From a virus (taxonomy: Duplodnaviria; Caudoviricetes): a stretch of DNA of 64,000 nucleotides. Below are positions 46,278 through 56,979 of this stretch, in pieces; position 1 is the first letter of the stretch, and each line of letters begins with the position of its first letter. A program made the position numbers and the translations under genes. Under the pieces are notes generated by a model. That model was not told the origin of the DNA. It ran no database searches and saw only the letters and a program-made list of their open reading frames with translations. The stretch is taken from positions 84,086-148,085 of IMG/VR virus record IMGVR_UViG_3300028804_000002; one strand, written 5' to 3'.

Positions 46278-49054
46278 TGGCACAAAAAAAGAAAACAACT
46301 GATGCAATTGTATTAACTGCTAGACAACTTCTTACTGGCTATACAACTGATGTAGATAAAAGACAGTTATATAATGCTTCTCCATATCAAATGCTTTCAA
46401 TAGATGAAAAAGACGAAGACTGGAGAAAGTGGAATATGGATTGGTTAGAATATATAGGACTTCAGCAAGTAGCACATAATAATGTTAAATTAAGAAAGAA
46501 TTATGATCTAGCCAATGGTGTAATAAATAGAACAGATTATATATTAGATGATACAAATGAATTTAAAGATTTAGTTGGTATTTTAACTAATGAAACAAAT
46601 TCTCCTTTTAGTCTTAAATTCTATCCAATTATACCTAATGTTATTCATGTACTTGAGGGAGAATTTTCTAAAAGAGATAATAGAATTATAGTTAAAGCTG
46701 TAGATGAATTCTCTCAGAATGAAGCATTAAACTATAAATTAAATTTACTCACTCAGATACTTACTCAAAATGCTATAGAAAAAATAACAACACAATTAGA
46801 ATCTCAAGGAATTGAAGTTAGTAGCGAAGAAGGTCAAAAACAAATAGAATTAGCTCAGCAAATGGCTGAAGCTCAAACTAAATTTAAAACTTATAGAGGT
46901 ATAGCTGAAGAATGGGCTCAACATACAATAGAATCAGAAAATGAACTATTTAAAATGTATGAGAAAGAATGTGAAGGTTTTCGTGATTCTCTTGTTGCAG
47001 ATCGATGTTTTTGGCATATAGATATTGAAGGATTAAATTATCAACCAGAGATTTGGAATCCTTTAAATACATTTTATCATAAATCTCCAGATGTAAAATA
47101 TATAAGTGAAGGTAATTATGTTGGTCGAATACTCATGATGTCTATACCGGATGTTATAGATATGTATGGTAGTAGAATGACTCCAGATCAACTAGAACAA
47201 CTCAAAGAAGCTCAATCTCAATTAATAGGTACTGCATTTGGTGCAAGAACTGATATGGAAAGAAATGATCCTACTAAGTTCTGGGATGCATCTAAAACAT
47301 ACGATCAACAAAGTAAAAACAGTATTTATGCTGATCAGTATCTTAGTATGAAAGCTATGCAGACTGATATAAGTGGACTTAATTGGAATAGAATGTCTAC
47401 TTTTGGAACTGATATGTTTCAAAATCAAAATATGGTAAGAGTTACTACTGCTTATTGGAAAAGTCAAAGAAAAGTCGGAGATCTTACCAGAATAACAGAT
47501 GATGGTATTCTTACTAAAGAAATTGTAGATGAAACATATAAAGTAACAGATAAACCTAAATATGATAAATCTCTTGTAAATAAAGAGCAGGCAGATAATC
47601 TTATATCAGGCGAACATATTGATTGGTTATGGATTAATCAGATATGGAGAGGTATTAAAATAGGACCTAATAATACAAGTTTTTTTCAAAGTAAAGGTAT
47701 TGGATTTGATCCTATTTATATTAAAGTAGAACCATTACCATTTCAATTTAAAGGACAATCATCTTTATATGGAACTAAATTACCTGTAGAAGGTAGAATA
47801 TTCTCAGAAAGAAATTCAGTAAGTAATGGTCTTGTTGATAAAATGAAATCTAATCAAATAGGTTTTAATATTGTTAACAATCAGATTATGGATATGCTTG
47901 CTGATGAAATAGGAAATGTATTTGTATTAGATCCTAATATGATTCCAAGAAATTCTCTTGGTGGATCATGGGGTAAACATAATTATTCTAAATTCTTGCA
48001 AGTGATGAAAGATTACCAACTTGCACCTATTGATCCTTCAGCTCAAAATACTGAACAACCTACTACAAGTTTTCAACATTTCCAACAAGTTGATTTATCT
48101 AAAACAGAACAAATAGTATCTAGATTAAAATTAGCTGAGTATTTTAAAAATGAAGCTTTCTCAATTGTTGGTATTACTCCTCAACGTCTTGGATCTGTAG
48201 CAGCTAGTGAATCAGCTACTGGTGTACAACAAGCTGTAAATAATTCTTATGCTCAAACTGAGAAATATTTTGATCAGTATGTAAATCAGTTAATGCCAAG
48301 AGTTAGACAAATGATGCTTGAAGCTGCTCAATATGTAACTGCAGAGAAAATAAGAACAGAAGGTAAATCTACAATTACATATCTTAATAGAGAAGAACAG
48401 ACTGAATGGTTTCATATTGAAATGGATAATCTTTTACTTAGAGATTATCAAATATATGCAATGAGTAAAGCTAATATTAAAGCTTTAGTAGAAAAATTAC
48501 ATCAATTAGCTGAACAGAATAATACAGCTGGTGGTACTTTATATGAAATAGCTCAAATGATGAGTCTTAATAGTCCTGCAGAAATTATATCTAAACTTAA
48601 GGAAGCTGATGATAAGAGAATGCAGCAAGCTCAAGCTCAACAAGATCAAGAAACTCAGCTTCAGCAACAAGAACAACAATTCTTAGCTGAACAACAAGAA
48701 AAACAACTTGCTCATGATGATTATTGGAGAGAAAGAGAACTTCAAGCTAAAATATATGAAGCTGAAATTAAAGCTATGGGTTTTGCTAAAGATACAGATA
48801 TAGATGATAATTCCATACCAGATGCTCTTGAAGTAGATAAATTCTTACATGCTCAGGGTTTAGATAATCAAGATTTGGTTATTAAACATAAAAAAATGGA
48901 ACTTGATGAAAAAACTCATAAAGATAATATTGAATTAGCTCAGAAAAAACTTCAAATGGAAAAATATAAAGCTGATCAACAATATAAAATAGCTAAAGAA
49001 AATAAAACAGCTGCTGAATTAAAGAAGAAACAAACCGCAAAGAAGAAAAAATAA
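46277..49054 (+). CDS. Portal protein (crAss-type)
   Basis: YPIIPNVI..L.GE, GITPQRLG...ESATG, Q-rich C-terminal barrel; follows terL. Confidence 0.88.
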   Translation: MAQKKKTTDAIVLTARQLLTGYTTDVDKRQLYNASPYQMLSIDEKDEDWRKWNMDWLEYIGLQQVAHNNVKLRKNYDLANGVINRTDYILDDTNEFKDLVGILTNETNSPFSLKFYPIIPNVIHVLEGEFSKRDNRIIVKAVDEFSQNEALNYKLNLLTQILTQNAIEKITTQLESQGIEVSSEEGQKQIELAQQMAEAQTKFKTYRGIAEEWAQHTIESENELFKMYEKECEGFRDSLVADRCFWHIDIEGLNYQPEIWNPLNTFYHKSPDVKYISEGNYVGRILMMSIPDVIDMYGSRMTPDQLEQLKEAQSQLIGTAFGARTDMERNDPTKFWDASKTYDQQSKNSIYADQYLSMKAMQTDISGLNWNRMSTFGTDMFQNQNMVRVTTAYWKSQRKVGDLTRITDDGILTKEIVDETYKVTDKPKYDKSLVNKEQADNLISGEHIDWLWINQIWRGIKIGPNNTSFFQSKGIGFDPIYIKVEPLPFQFKGQSSLYGTKLPVEGRIFSERNSVSNGLVDKMKSNQIGFNIVNNQIMDMLADEIGNVFVLDPNMIPRNSLGGSWGKHNYSKFLQVMKDYQLAPIDPSAQNTEQPTTSFQHFQQVDLSKTEQIVSRLKLAEYFKNEAFSIVGITPQRLGSVAASESATGVQQAVNNSYAQTEKYFDQYVNQLMPRVRQMMLEAAQYVTAEKIRTEGKSTITYLNREEQTEWFHIEMDNLLLRDYQIYAMSKANIKALVEKLHQLAEQNNTAGGTLYEIAQMMSLNSPAEIISKLKEADDKRMQQAQAQQDQETQLQQQEQQFLAEQQEKQLAHDDYWRERELQAKIYEAEIKAMGFAKDTDIDDNSIPDALEVDKFLHAQGLDNQDLVIKHKKMELDEKTHKDNIELAQKKLQMEKYKADQQYKIAKENKTAAELKKKQTAKKKK

Positions 49055-49079
49055 TAGAGTTACATTCATTAAATTTAAC

Positions 49080-49128
49080 TAATTTTAAAAATTAAATTTG
49101 GTAGATTGATTAAAATAATTTATTTATA
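49080..49128 (+). promoter_or_regulatory. Class-2-like promoter with upstream palindrome
   Basis: TAATTTTAAAAATTA then TTTG-N20-TATTTATA. Confidence 0.55.
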
Positions 49129-49148
49129 TACTAAACCAAAAGCATTTT

Positions 49149-50348
49149 ATGGCTCAAACAGAAGTTACACCAATCTCTCAAGATGAACTATCAGCAATAT
49201 TGTCAGGAAAGGCAGATAGTGTAATAGTTCCAAAAGAGACTGAAGAAAAGAAAGAAACTGAAGAAAAATCAGAAGAAAAGAAAGAAGACAAGAAACTTGA
49301 AAATTTTAAGACTCCTGTTGATGAAGACTTTAAATGGACTGATTTAGAGAAAGAATTTAAAGTTGAAGATAAAGAAGAAATTAAGGAGACTAAAACAGAA
49401 AGTAAAGAAGTTAAAACAATTGTTAAATCTGAGGATAAAAAATCAGATTTTATAACTGCTTTAACTGATCTTATTTCTTCTGGAGATCTAATAGGTTTTG
49501 AAGATGGTGGAGAAATAAAATCTCTTGATGAAGCTAAAGAATTAGTAAGATTAAATATTCAAGAAGCTAAAAAATCTGGTTTTTCAGATGTTTGGAAAGA
49601 AAAAATAGAATCATTTAGTCCTCAAGTTCAAGCAATTCTTAGATATGCTGAAGATGGTGGTCAAGATATACTTCCACTATTAAATGCAATATCAAAAGTA
49701 GAAGAAGTTAGTAACTTTGATGTAGAAACTGAAGAAGGTCAAGAACAAATTGTTAAACAATTCTTGAAAGTTCAGGGTTGGGATGATGAAGATATTAAAG
49801 AAGAGATAGAAACAGCTAAAGATACTAATAAATTAAAATCAAAAGCTGAAAAATTCTTACCAAAATTGGATCAAATGCATCAACAAAGAGTTGATCAAAT
49901 GATGCAAGAACAAGCTGAAGCTGAAAAAGAAGCTGAACAAGCTAGACAAAATTACTTAACAACAATACGTACAACTCTTTCTAAAGAAAAATTGTCTGAT
50001 ATTAAGTTAGGTAGGGAAGATAAAGCAATGCTTTGGGATAGTTTGACAGATATTAAATACAAAAGTTGGTCTGGTCAACCAACAAACAAATTCTTCAAGA
50101 AATTAGAAGAAATTCAAGCTGGTAAAACAGCAGATTATGATCATTTCTTAGAAATTGTTCACATGACCATAGACCCTAAAGGTTATAAAGAAAAATTAAA
50201 AGAACAATTAAAAACTGAAACAACTGTAGAGACGGCTCGTAAACTTAAAATAGATCAGAAACGCAATAGCAATTCTGAAACTCTATTTGAAGAAGAACAA
50301 AAAAAGCCAACGATACAGAGATCAGGGTTTAAAAATCCATTCGCTTAA
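49149..50348 (+). CDS. Acidic scaffold-like head protein
   Basis: E/K-rich and helical, between portal and MCP. Confidence 0.65.
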   Translation: MAQTEVTPISQDELSAILSGKADSVIVPKETEEKKETEEKSEEKKEDKKLENFKTPVDEDFKWTDLEKEFKVEDKEEIKETKTESKEVKTIVKSEDKKSDFITALTDLISSGDLIGFEDGGEIKSLDEAKELVRLNIQEAKKSGFSDVWKEKIESFSPQVQAILRYAEDGGQDILPLLNAISKVEEVSNFDVETEEGQEQIVKQFLKVQGWDDEDIKEEIETAKDTNKLKSKAEKFLPKLDQMHQQRVDQMMQEQAEAEKEAEQARQNYLTTIRTTLSKEKLSDIKLGREDKAMLWDSLTDIKYKSWSGQPTNKFFKKLEEIQAGKTADYDHFLEIVHMTIDPKGYKEKLKEQLKTETTVETARKLKIDQKRNSNSETLFEEEQKKPTIQRSGFKNPFA

Positions 50349-50366
50349 AAACACACAATATAAATT

Positions 50367-51983
50367 ATGGCAACACCAGCAGTAGTAAATGGTATTTTTT
50401 ATCGGGATACCAAATATGACATCGGACAACACATAGACAAAGCCCATTTAATGGCAATGGCTCCAGAAAAGCCTCAAGATCTAGGTGTAGTAGACATGTG
50501 GGCATTCATGCAGAAGCGTGAGATGCCTCTTTATAAAATGGCTAATTTTGGTGGTAAAGGTACCATTCTGACTGATACTCAGATGTATAGCTTTAGAGTT
50601 CCAGTAGCTATTGATGACATGGTAGAAATCGTTAAAGACATAACGACTGAAGAAAAACCAGGTCTTGATGGTAAAAAATTCAAGATTCTTGTTAATGAAG
50701 AGAAGTTTGGTCACGGTTCTATCCTTAAATTCGACAAATATTCTCGTACAGAGATGGTTGTTACGCATGATCCAATTCGTAGAGTTGGTGATGCAATAGA
50801 GTATACAGTTAAACTCATTAACAACGACAATGTTAAATATCTTGATAAAAAGTATCTTGCTGGTGGAAGTCGTCTGCAGAAAATAGGTTCTGTTCGTTCT
50901 CCAGAATTTGGACAGGCATGGGATCATTCTAAGTTCTCGGGTGCTGCAATGCGTGAGTACTTGAACTATGTAGGCATGGCAGAAGCTCAGGATCATTACT
51001 GGTGTTCTAAAGAAGCTTCAGTAATGGGAGTTGATAAGAAAATTGTAGAATTCATTCAGATTGATGGCTTGAAAGATGATCTTGGTATTCCAAGTCTGGA
51101 GCGTTATATGAAAGCTTCTGGTATGGCTGCAGGTGATCTTGCTTCAAAATACAGAGAAGGTTCAGTAAGAGTATCTTGGGCATCAGTAATGGATGTTAAA
51201 TGTATCCAGAAGATTGCTAGTGATATTGAAAACTATCTTATGTGGGGTTCTGGTGGTAGAGTTCTATTGGATGGTCAAGATGAAGTAATCATGCCTGTAG
51301 GTTTATGGCATCAGATTGATACTGGTGGTTACAAACACATCTATACTCGTGATAGTTTCTCTCTTGATATGTTCAAGAATGTAATTCAGAATTTCTATCA
51401 TGGTAAAGAAGACTATAAAGGTCCAGATCCTTCAAGAGTTCTTTATGTACAAACAGGTCTTGCTGGTATGGGTCTTGCTAATGAGATGATTCGTAAAGAA
51501 GCAGGTTCTCATGGTCTGATATACAATGGTACTGATGTCGGAGCTCTTAGAGGGGATCGTTTGAATCTGTCATTTGGTCTGTTCTATACAGAAGTTGTTA
51601 TACCATTTATTGCAACTCTGAGATTTGTTTACAATCCAGCTCTTGATAATACAGTAGTTAATAGTATAGAAAATCCAGAAATTGATGGTTATAACTTAAG
51701 TTCTTATTCTTTTATCATATTTGATATAGATGAGAACGGTGGTTCAGATAATATCAAACTTCTGAAATGGTCTAAAGATAATGAATTGCATTGGAAAGTT
51801 GAAAATGGTACAGCAGCTCACCCAGCTACTCCAATGATGGCTAGAGGTGGATTCGTATCAAGTGGAGACTTCTCAGGATACAAAGCTAAATTCTGGCAGC
51901 GTTATCCAGCAATCTGGGTTAAAGATCCAACAAGAGTTCTTAAGATAGTGATGAAGAATCCTATCACAGGTAATACTCTGTAA
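50367..51983 (+). CDS. Major capsid protein (crAss-type)
   Basis: Position; ENYLMWG...GLWHQI, VQTG..G, IWVKDPTR; strongly biased codons. Confidence 0.85.
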   Translation: MATPAVVNGIFYRDTKYDIGQHIDKAHLMAMAPEKPQDLGVVDMWAFMQKREMPLYKMANFGGKGTILTDTQMYSFRVPVAIDDMVEIVKDITTEEKPGLDGKKFKILVNEEKFGHGSILKFDKYSRTEMVVTHDPIRRVGDAIEYTVKLINNDNVKYLDKKYLAGGSRLQKIGSVRSPEFGQAWDHSKFSGAAMREYLNYVGMAEAQDHYWCSKEASVMGVDKKIVEFIQIDGLKDDLGIPSLERYMKASGMAAGDLASKYREGSVRVSWASVMDVKCIQKIASDIENYLMWGSGGRVLLDGQDEVIMPVGLWHQIDTGGYKHIYTRDSFSLDMFKNVIQNFYHGKEDYKGPDPSRVLYVQTGLAGMGLANEMIRKEAGSHGLIYNGTDVGALRGDRLNLSFGLFYTEVVIPFIATLRFVYNPALDNTVVNSIENPEIDGYNLSSYSFIIFDIDENGGSDNIKLLKWSKDNELHWKVENGTAAHPATPMMARGGFVSSGDFSGYKAKFWQRYPAIWVKDPTRVLKIVMKNPITGNTL

Positions 51984-51991
51984 TAAATACA

Positions 51992-52037
51992 AGTCAGTGC
52001 CTTGAGGCTATCGGGCAGAGCAATACTGCCACTGACT
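51992..52037 (+). promoter_or_regulatory. Branched hairpin after MCP stop
   Basis: agtcagtg...cactgact enclosing gccttgaggc and ggcag...ctgcc. Confidence 0.5.
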
Positions 52038-52061
52038 GCAAAAAACCAAACAAACAATTTT

Positions 52062-53012
52062 ATGTTAACAAAAGAACAAATTAAAGCGATTAGTATAGAA
52101 TATCGCCAAACGGAGAATGAATCCGATATAAAAAAACCTCTTGTAGTAGGACAAGGTTTGATGCCAAACTTTAATTTTACTGAGGATTTAGGATATAAAA
52201 CATTCTTTGGTATTAAAAGATATCTAACTGGATTAGATCCAGAAATTGTTAAATATGATCCTGAACTTTCAGACGAAGAAAAAGAAAAGAAAATAAAGGA
52301 GATTAACGAAAATTTAACAAGATTAGAAAAATTCTTTGGTCCTGGTACTTTAGATGCAACTAATGAAAAACATTGGTCTAAAGTTAAGTTAATAATCACC
52401 AGAAGAACAACTAATCTTAATTTATCAGATCCTAAAAATGAATTATTATTTCATTGTATAAAAGGAGGAGGATTTAAAACAGTAAGTCCAAATTATGAAA
52501 TTTGTGAACAAGAAAATAATAAATTCTATTTAGTTGAACCTACTGAATTTGTAGAACATAGAGTAGCTCCAAGAGAAGTAACAAATAAAGCAATTGCTTT
52601 GTTACAGAAATTATATGAAAATAAAGGTTTTGACGAATTATTTTATATAGCTAAATACATACTTCCAGTAGAAAGATCATATACTAAAAGAACTCCAAAA
52701 GCTTTAATGTATGAAGATCTTGATAAATTTCTAAATGGAGAAATTGTAAAGAAAACAAAAATAGCTTGTTCAAGAGAACTTATAGAAGCTAGTAAATTAT
52801 CAAAAGCTGATCTGATTGTTACATGTATAGTTAAAGATGCAATCAATTATGGATTTATATATGTAAATTCAGTAGGAGAGCTTAAAAATAATGAAACTGG
52901 AGCAGTATATGGAACTTCAAATGAAAAAGCAGTAGTTCATTTGCAAAATCCAGCTTATGAACACGAACTTGACAATTTGAAAACAAGAGTAGAAAAAAAG
53001 TGGTCTGAATAA
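52062..53012 (+). CDS. Conserved crAss-like structural-module protein
   Basis: RYLTGLD, LNLSDP; follows MCP; ATG 52062 preferred over TTG inside the hairpin. Confidence 0.65.
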   Translation: MLTKEQIKAISIEYRQTENESDIKKPLVVGQGLMPNFNFTEDLGYKTFFGIKRYLTGLDPEIVKYDPELSDEEKEKKIKEINENLTRLEKFFGPGTLDATNEKHWSKVKLIITRRTTNLNLSDPKNELLFHCIKGGGFKTVSPNYEICEQENNKFYLVEPTEFVEHRVAPREVTNKAIALLQKLYENKGFDELFYIAKYILPVERSYTKRTPKALMYEDLDKFLNGEIVKKTKIACSRELIEASKLSKADLIVTCIVKDAINYGFIYVNSVGELKNNETGAVYGTSNEKAVVHLQNPAYEHELDNLKTRVEKKWSE

Positions 53013-53710
53013 TGCAAAACTCGTTAATATGGTTGAAAGTAAAAGAACGTCTTAATAAACTAGATTCTAGTGATTATGATAATATAGAATGCTGGCAAGT
53101 TAGAGAAGCGTTTAATAAAGCTCAACTAGAATGGGTTCGCAGACAGATACATGGAAATAATCAGAGTCAAGAAGGCGATGAAGAGACAAAAATGAGAGTT
53201 GATGATTTACAACTTTTATTAAAACAAGTAACTCTTAAAGGAATAGAAAAAGAAAATCTCTTTTTTGAAACTGAAAAACTACCATCTGATTATCTTTATT
53301 TTAAAAGGTTAACACCAATAGCAAATAAAAATCATTGTAAAGGTAGAAGATTAAAATCAACATTAAGAGAAGAAGCAAATGCTGATGAATATTTACAAGA
53401 TTACTCTTTACAACCATCGTTTGATTTTGAAGAAACATTTCATACATTAATTGGAAATAAAGTTAGAGTTTATACAAATAATGATTTTAATGTTGAAAAA
53501 GTAAAACTGATCTACTATAGACAACCAAGACCAATAGATTTCGGAAATTGTGAACATTTAGATGGTACTCCAGGTCAAGATGTAGATCCAGAATTAAAAG
53601 ACGATAATTTAGAATTGATTATAGATGATACAGTATCAATCCTTGCAGGGGATATCGAAAGTCCAAATCAATTTCAAATAACAAAACAAAGAACAGAGAT
53701 TAATAATTAA
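53012..53710 (+). CDS. Head-tail adaptor/ring-type protein
   Basis: LNKLDS...FNKAQ...DDLQ.L...PSFDFEET...YYRQP. Confidence 0.65.
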   Translation: MQNSLIWLKVKERLNKLDSSDYDNIECWQVREAFNKAQLEWVRRQIHGNNQSQEGDEETKMRVDDLQLLLKQVTLKGIEKENLFFETEKLPSDYLYFKRLTPIANKNHCKGRRLKSTLREEANADEYLQDYSLQPSFDFEETFHTLIGNKVRVYTNNDFNVEKVKLIYYRQPRPIDFGNCEHLDGTPGQDVDPELKDDNLELIIDDTVSILAGDIESPNQFQITKQRTEINN

Positions 53711-53731
53711 TAACAATAAAAAACAAAAAAC

Positions 53732-55960
53732 ATGAGTTTTTATCAAGAATTACCCTATCCAGTCCTCGTAGCCTCAGGCTCAGTATTGACAAGTGGTAGT
53801 ACAGAAAGTCTGGTACCAGGACAATTGGCACTAGTAGACACAAAAACAGGCAACGTCCTGTCTACTGCTGATTTGAATGGAGTAGTTCATCCAGAAGTAT
53901 TGATTGCTATGGGTTCATACCATACAACTGATAAGTTGAGTAAATTTATCGGAGGTCTTAAGCAATCAACAAAAACACAAGACTTCCTCGGCAAAGATGT
54001 AATGGAGTTTCATGTATCTCGTCCTCTTCCTCTTAAACAAGATATTGTTCAAATAGGCTGGGATGGTGTAAATGCTTGTGACTCTCTTGCTTTCGAGTGT
54101 GGTAAGTCATATAGATTTAAAGTGAATGTAAGTGGTGAAGATGTATTCCGTACTTTCTCTCGTCCACTGTATCGCTTTATTGAATTTAAAACAGCCTGTT
54201 GTGCTGATGGTAATTGTGTAGATAGTTGTGATGATACAGTAGCATGTAAAACTTATGCTAAGAAATTAGCTGAGTTGATCAACAATGATCCTGAACTTCA
54301 GTATTTTGTAAAAGCAGAAGCAGTTAGCTCTGACTATGCAGCTACAACCGCTACTCATAACTTATTTTCTTTAAGTTTGTGTGATAATGGTGATGTAGTA
54401 GCACTAGCTACAGTTCAAGCAGCATATCCTACACTTAAGATATCTAGAATTTCTAGAGTAGATTCAATATCTACATATCAAGCTTGTGTAGCTATGTCAG
54501 CTCCTGCTACTCCTGCTCCTCCAGCTGATTTTACACCTACGAGTCCAACTCTGTTGGCTGCTTGTGGAGTATGTCCTACAGGATACACCACAACTGATGA
54601 AATAAATGTATATTCAGTTCTTCGTCCACTGGCTGGTTCAGAAGATTTAAATGATGGTACTGCACAACAGACTTTTGCAGATTTAGTAGGTACAGCTTAT
54701 GAAACTGCTACAAGAGTAACTTTTGATGGTACTGTAACAAATGTTAATGTAACAACTAATAGAATTACTATAACTTCACATGGTTTTAAAACTGGTGATA
54801 AAGTAACTTACTCAAATGGTGGTGGTACATCAATTACTGGTATAACAAGTGGTTCAGATTACTATGTTATAAGAGTAGATGCTAATACAGTATCTCTTGC
54901 CTCTACTGTAGCAAATGCTAATGCTGGAACTGCAATAGATTTAACTGTAGTTGGTGTGGGTGCATCTCATACACTTACTCCAGTAATAACTGCAACATTT
55001 CAATCAGTAAATGGTGGAGTTGCTTTGGTTCAGTTAAAAACTCCAGGTGGTGTAGAACTTTCAGCAGAAACTGCAGATACTGTACTTTTCAGTCATACTG
55101 AACCTGCTAAATGTACTCCTCCTGCTAATTCAGCAGTATCTTGGGTTCAAGGTGAAGAAAGATATAGAACAACTCGTACACTTTGCTTAACAATTGGTAA
55201 AGAGTGTGATGGTGTTAATAGACTTGCTGATCTACAAGCATTTTACGCAAATACTCCTGATCTGGCTAGTGCAATAACTGTTAGTCAAGCTGGTAATTGT
55301 GCTGATACTTATACAGTTGATCAGTATAACAATTCATGTCTTGAAGATGGTTGTGATAGTCAAGCAGTGCCTGAATATGATCCAATTCAATCATTTGAAG
55401 GATTTAGTTGGGAAGAATGTCCTTGTGCTACTGAAGATGCTGGAGATCCAGATGTATTATGTGGTGTAAGAGTAACTGGTGCATATGTTGATACAAGATT
55501 TGGTGATTGTACTTTTGAACCTACAGATTATTTCTCTGTACGTCCTTTAAGAATCAGTATCAGCCAAGTTGATGAATCTGGTAATCCTTGTTCTGATGGA
55601 ACTAAAGTAACTAAGATCCAAAATGGTCAAGTATCAACTCAATCTGGTGAATGGTTACGTAGACAATATCTGAAAGGTTCTTCACTTGAAGCTTATAATA
55701 TCTGGAATAATGATCCACGCACTCGTGAAGTATTTGATCAACAGTTCTTGAACTTTATAGATAAGAATAAATCATATGTGGTATACTATATTGTTTATAC
55801 AATGAATAGAAATCGTGCAAACTGGGCTACACAACACCCAAGTGATAAATTTGAAACAATGATTGCCTTCCCAGAAGGAGCAAGTGCAACGGCTTTTGAA
55901 AATCTATTTGGTGGTTATTTTGCTCAATTCGGCGTAGTTCTGAAAGAGCGCGGTGCTTAA
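53732..55960 (+). CDS. Auxiliary capsid/decoration protein, Cys-rich
   Basis: Position, size, biased codons, own terminator; inserted HGFKTGDKVTY beta-barrel. Confidence 0.65.
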   Translation: MSFYQELPYPVLVASGSVLTSGSTESLVPGQLALVDTKTGNVLSTADLNGVVHPEVLIAMGSYHTTDKLSKFIGGLKQSTKTQDFLGKDVMEFHVSRPLPLKQDIVQIGWDGVNACDSLAFECGKSYRFKVNVSGEDVFRTFSRPLYRFIEFKTACCADGNCVDSCDDTVACKTYAKKLAELINNDPELQYFVKAEAVSSDYAATTATHNLFSLSLCDNGDVVALATVQAAYPTLKISRISRVDSISTYQACVAMSAPATPAPPADFTPTSPTLLAACGVCPTGYTTTDEINVYSVLRPLAGSEDLNDGTAQQTFADLVGTAYETATRVTFDGTVTNVNVTTNRITITSHGFKTGDKVTYSNGGGTSITGITSGSDYYVIRVDANTVSLASTVANANAGTAIDLTVVGVGASHTLTPVITATFQSVNGGVALVQLKTPGGVELSAETADTVLFSHTEPAKCTPPANSAVSWVQGEERYRTTRTLCLTIGKECDGVNRLADLQAFYANTPDLASAITVSQAGNCADTYTVDQYNNSCLEDGCDSQAVPEYDPIQSFEGFSWEECPCATEDAGDPDVLCGVRVTGAYVDTRFGDCTFEPTDYFSVRPLRISISQVDESGNPCSDGTKVTKIQNGQVSTQSGEWLRRQYLKGSSLEAYNIWNNDPRTREVFDQQFLNFIDKNKSYVVYYIVYTMNRNRANWATQHPSDKFETMIAFPEGASATAFENLFGGYFAQFGVVLKERGA

Positions 55961-55981
55961 TTAAATATGTGAATTCTCTAT

Positions 55982-56025
55982 GCAGGGGGCGGTAGGCAGT
56001 TAATAGTCTGCCGCCCTTCTTTTTT
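55982..56025 (+). terminator. Intrinsic terminator
   Basis: gggggcgg-taggcagttaatagtctg-ccgccctt followed by a T-tract. Confidence 0.8.
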
Positions 56026-56043
56026 AAAATCAAACAATAAAGA

Positions 56044-56601
56044 GTGATAAGCAATTTAGAAGTACGTATAGAACCAACAAATAATTGTAAAATATTAAAA
56101 GTTGTTGATAATAGCACATATAATCCAGACATTGCAGTTGAAAATGCAATTTTAGAAATTACAGTACCTGGATATAATTGTCCAGTTATTTTTAATGTTA
56201 CTCCAGGTTTTATACTTTTATTGAATAGTTCTAGTTTAGAAATAGCTCCTGCTGCTTCTTATGAGTCTTTATTATCTTTACCTGAAGGTATATATAAAAT
56301 AAAGTACTCAATTAAACCCAATAAATATCTTAGTGTTGAATATGATTATCTAAGAAATTGTCAACAGTTTGCAAGATATATTATAGCAGTATGTAGGTTT
56401 TTTGATAAAAAATGTACTTTCTGTGATGAAGATCTCAAGAAACTTAGAAAAGATTTAGTTTGGATAAGAGAAGTAATAGATGCTGCTAAATTTAAAGTAG
56501 AAGAATGTGGTGATTGTGCAGAAGGGCTAGAGTTATATAATGAAGCTAATAAATTGTTATCAGAAATAAATGGATGTTTTAATAGTTGCAGACTTAAATG
56601 A
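56044..56601 (+). CDS. Virion structural protein
   Basis: LPEGIYKIKYSIKP, Cys-rich C-terminus. Confidence 0.6.
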   Translation: MISNLEVRIEPTNNCKILKVVDNSTYNPDIAVENAILEITVPGYNCPVIFNVTPGFILLLNSSSLEIAPAASYESLLSLPEGIYKIKYSIKPNKYLSVEYDYLRNCQQFARYIIAVCRFFDKKCTFCDEDLKKLRKDLVWIREVIDAAKFKVEECGDCAEGLELYNEANKLLSEINGCFNSCRLK

Positions 56602-56975
56602 CAAAACAACAAGAAATAGAAGAAACTTATTGTAAATTTGCCGGAATGGTTTATAGTAAGTATCAAGTTGATGCTTATGGTATTAAACCAACTCCCCCAA
56701 ATTATGATGTAGATCTTTTAGAGGATTTAAAACTTAAAAGAGATGTTATTTCAAATAAGATTGTAGATTATATGAAAACTCCAGCTTTTGAGTTTAATCA
56801 AACAGAAGAAGAAGATACTTGGACTATTATACATGAATTAGGATACGATCCAAAAGTATTAACAGTAGACAGAAATGACAAACAAATTGAAGGTATAATC
56901 ATGTATACTATTACTGGAAATACATTAACAATTACATTTACTTTACCTGTTTGTGGTAAAGCATTTTTATTTTAA
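56598..56975 (+). CDS. Virion structural protein
   Basis: TWTIIHELGYDPKV...LTITF...GKAFL beta domain. Confidence 0.55.
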   Translation: MTKQQEIEETYCKFAGMVYSKYQVDAYGIKPTPPNYDVDLLEDLKLKRDVISNKIVDYMKTPAFEFNQTEEEDTWTIIHELGYDPKVLTVDRNDKQIEGIIMYTITGNTLTITFTLPVCGKAFLF

Positions 56976-56979
56976 AAGC

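Noticed and set aside
44037-51983. Introns or inteins in terminase, portal or MCP
   Set aside because: ORFs are continuous, with no intein termini or embedded endonuclease motifs
50481-52399. Minus-strand ORFs 50481-50996 and 51902-52399, and similar antisense ORFs elsewhere
   Set aside because: Overlap well-supported genes on the opposite strand and have no motifs
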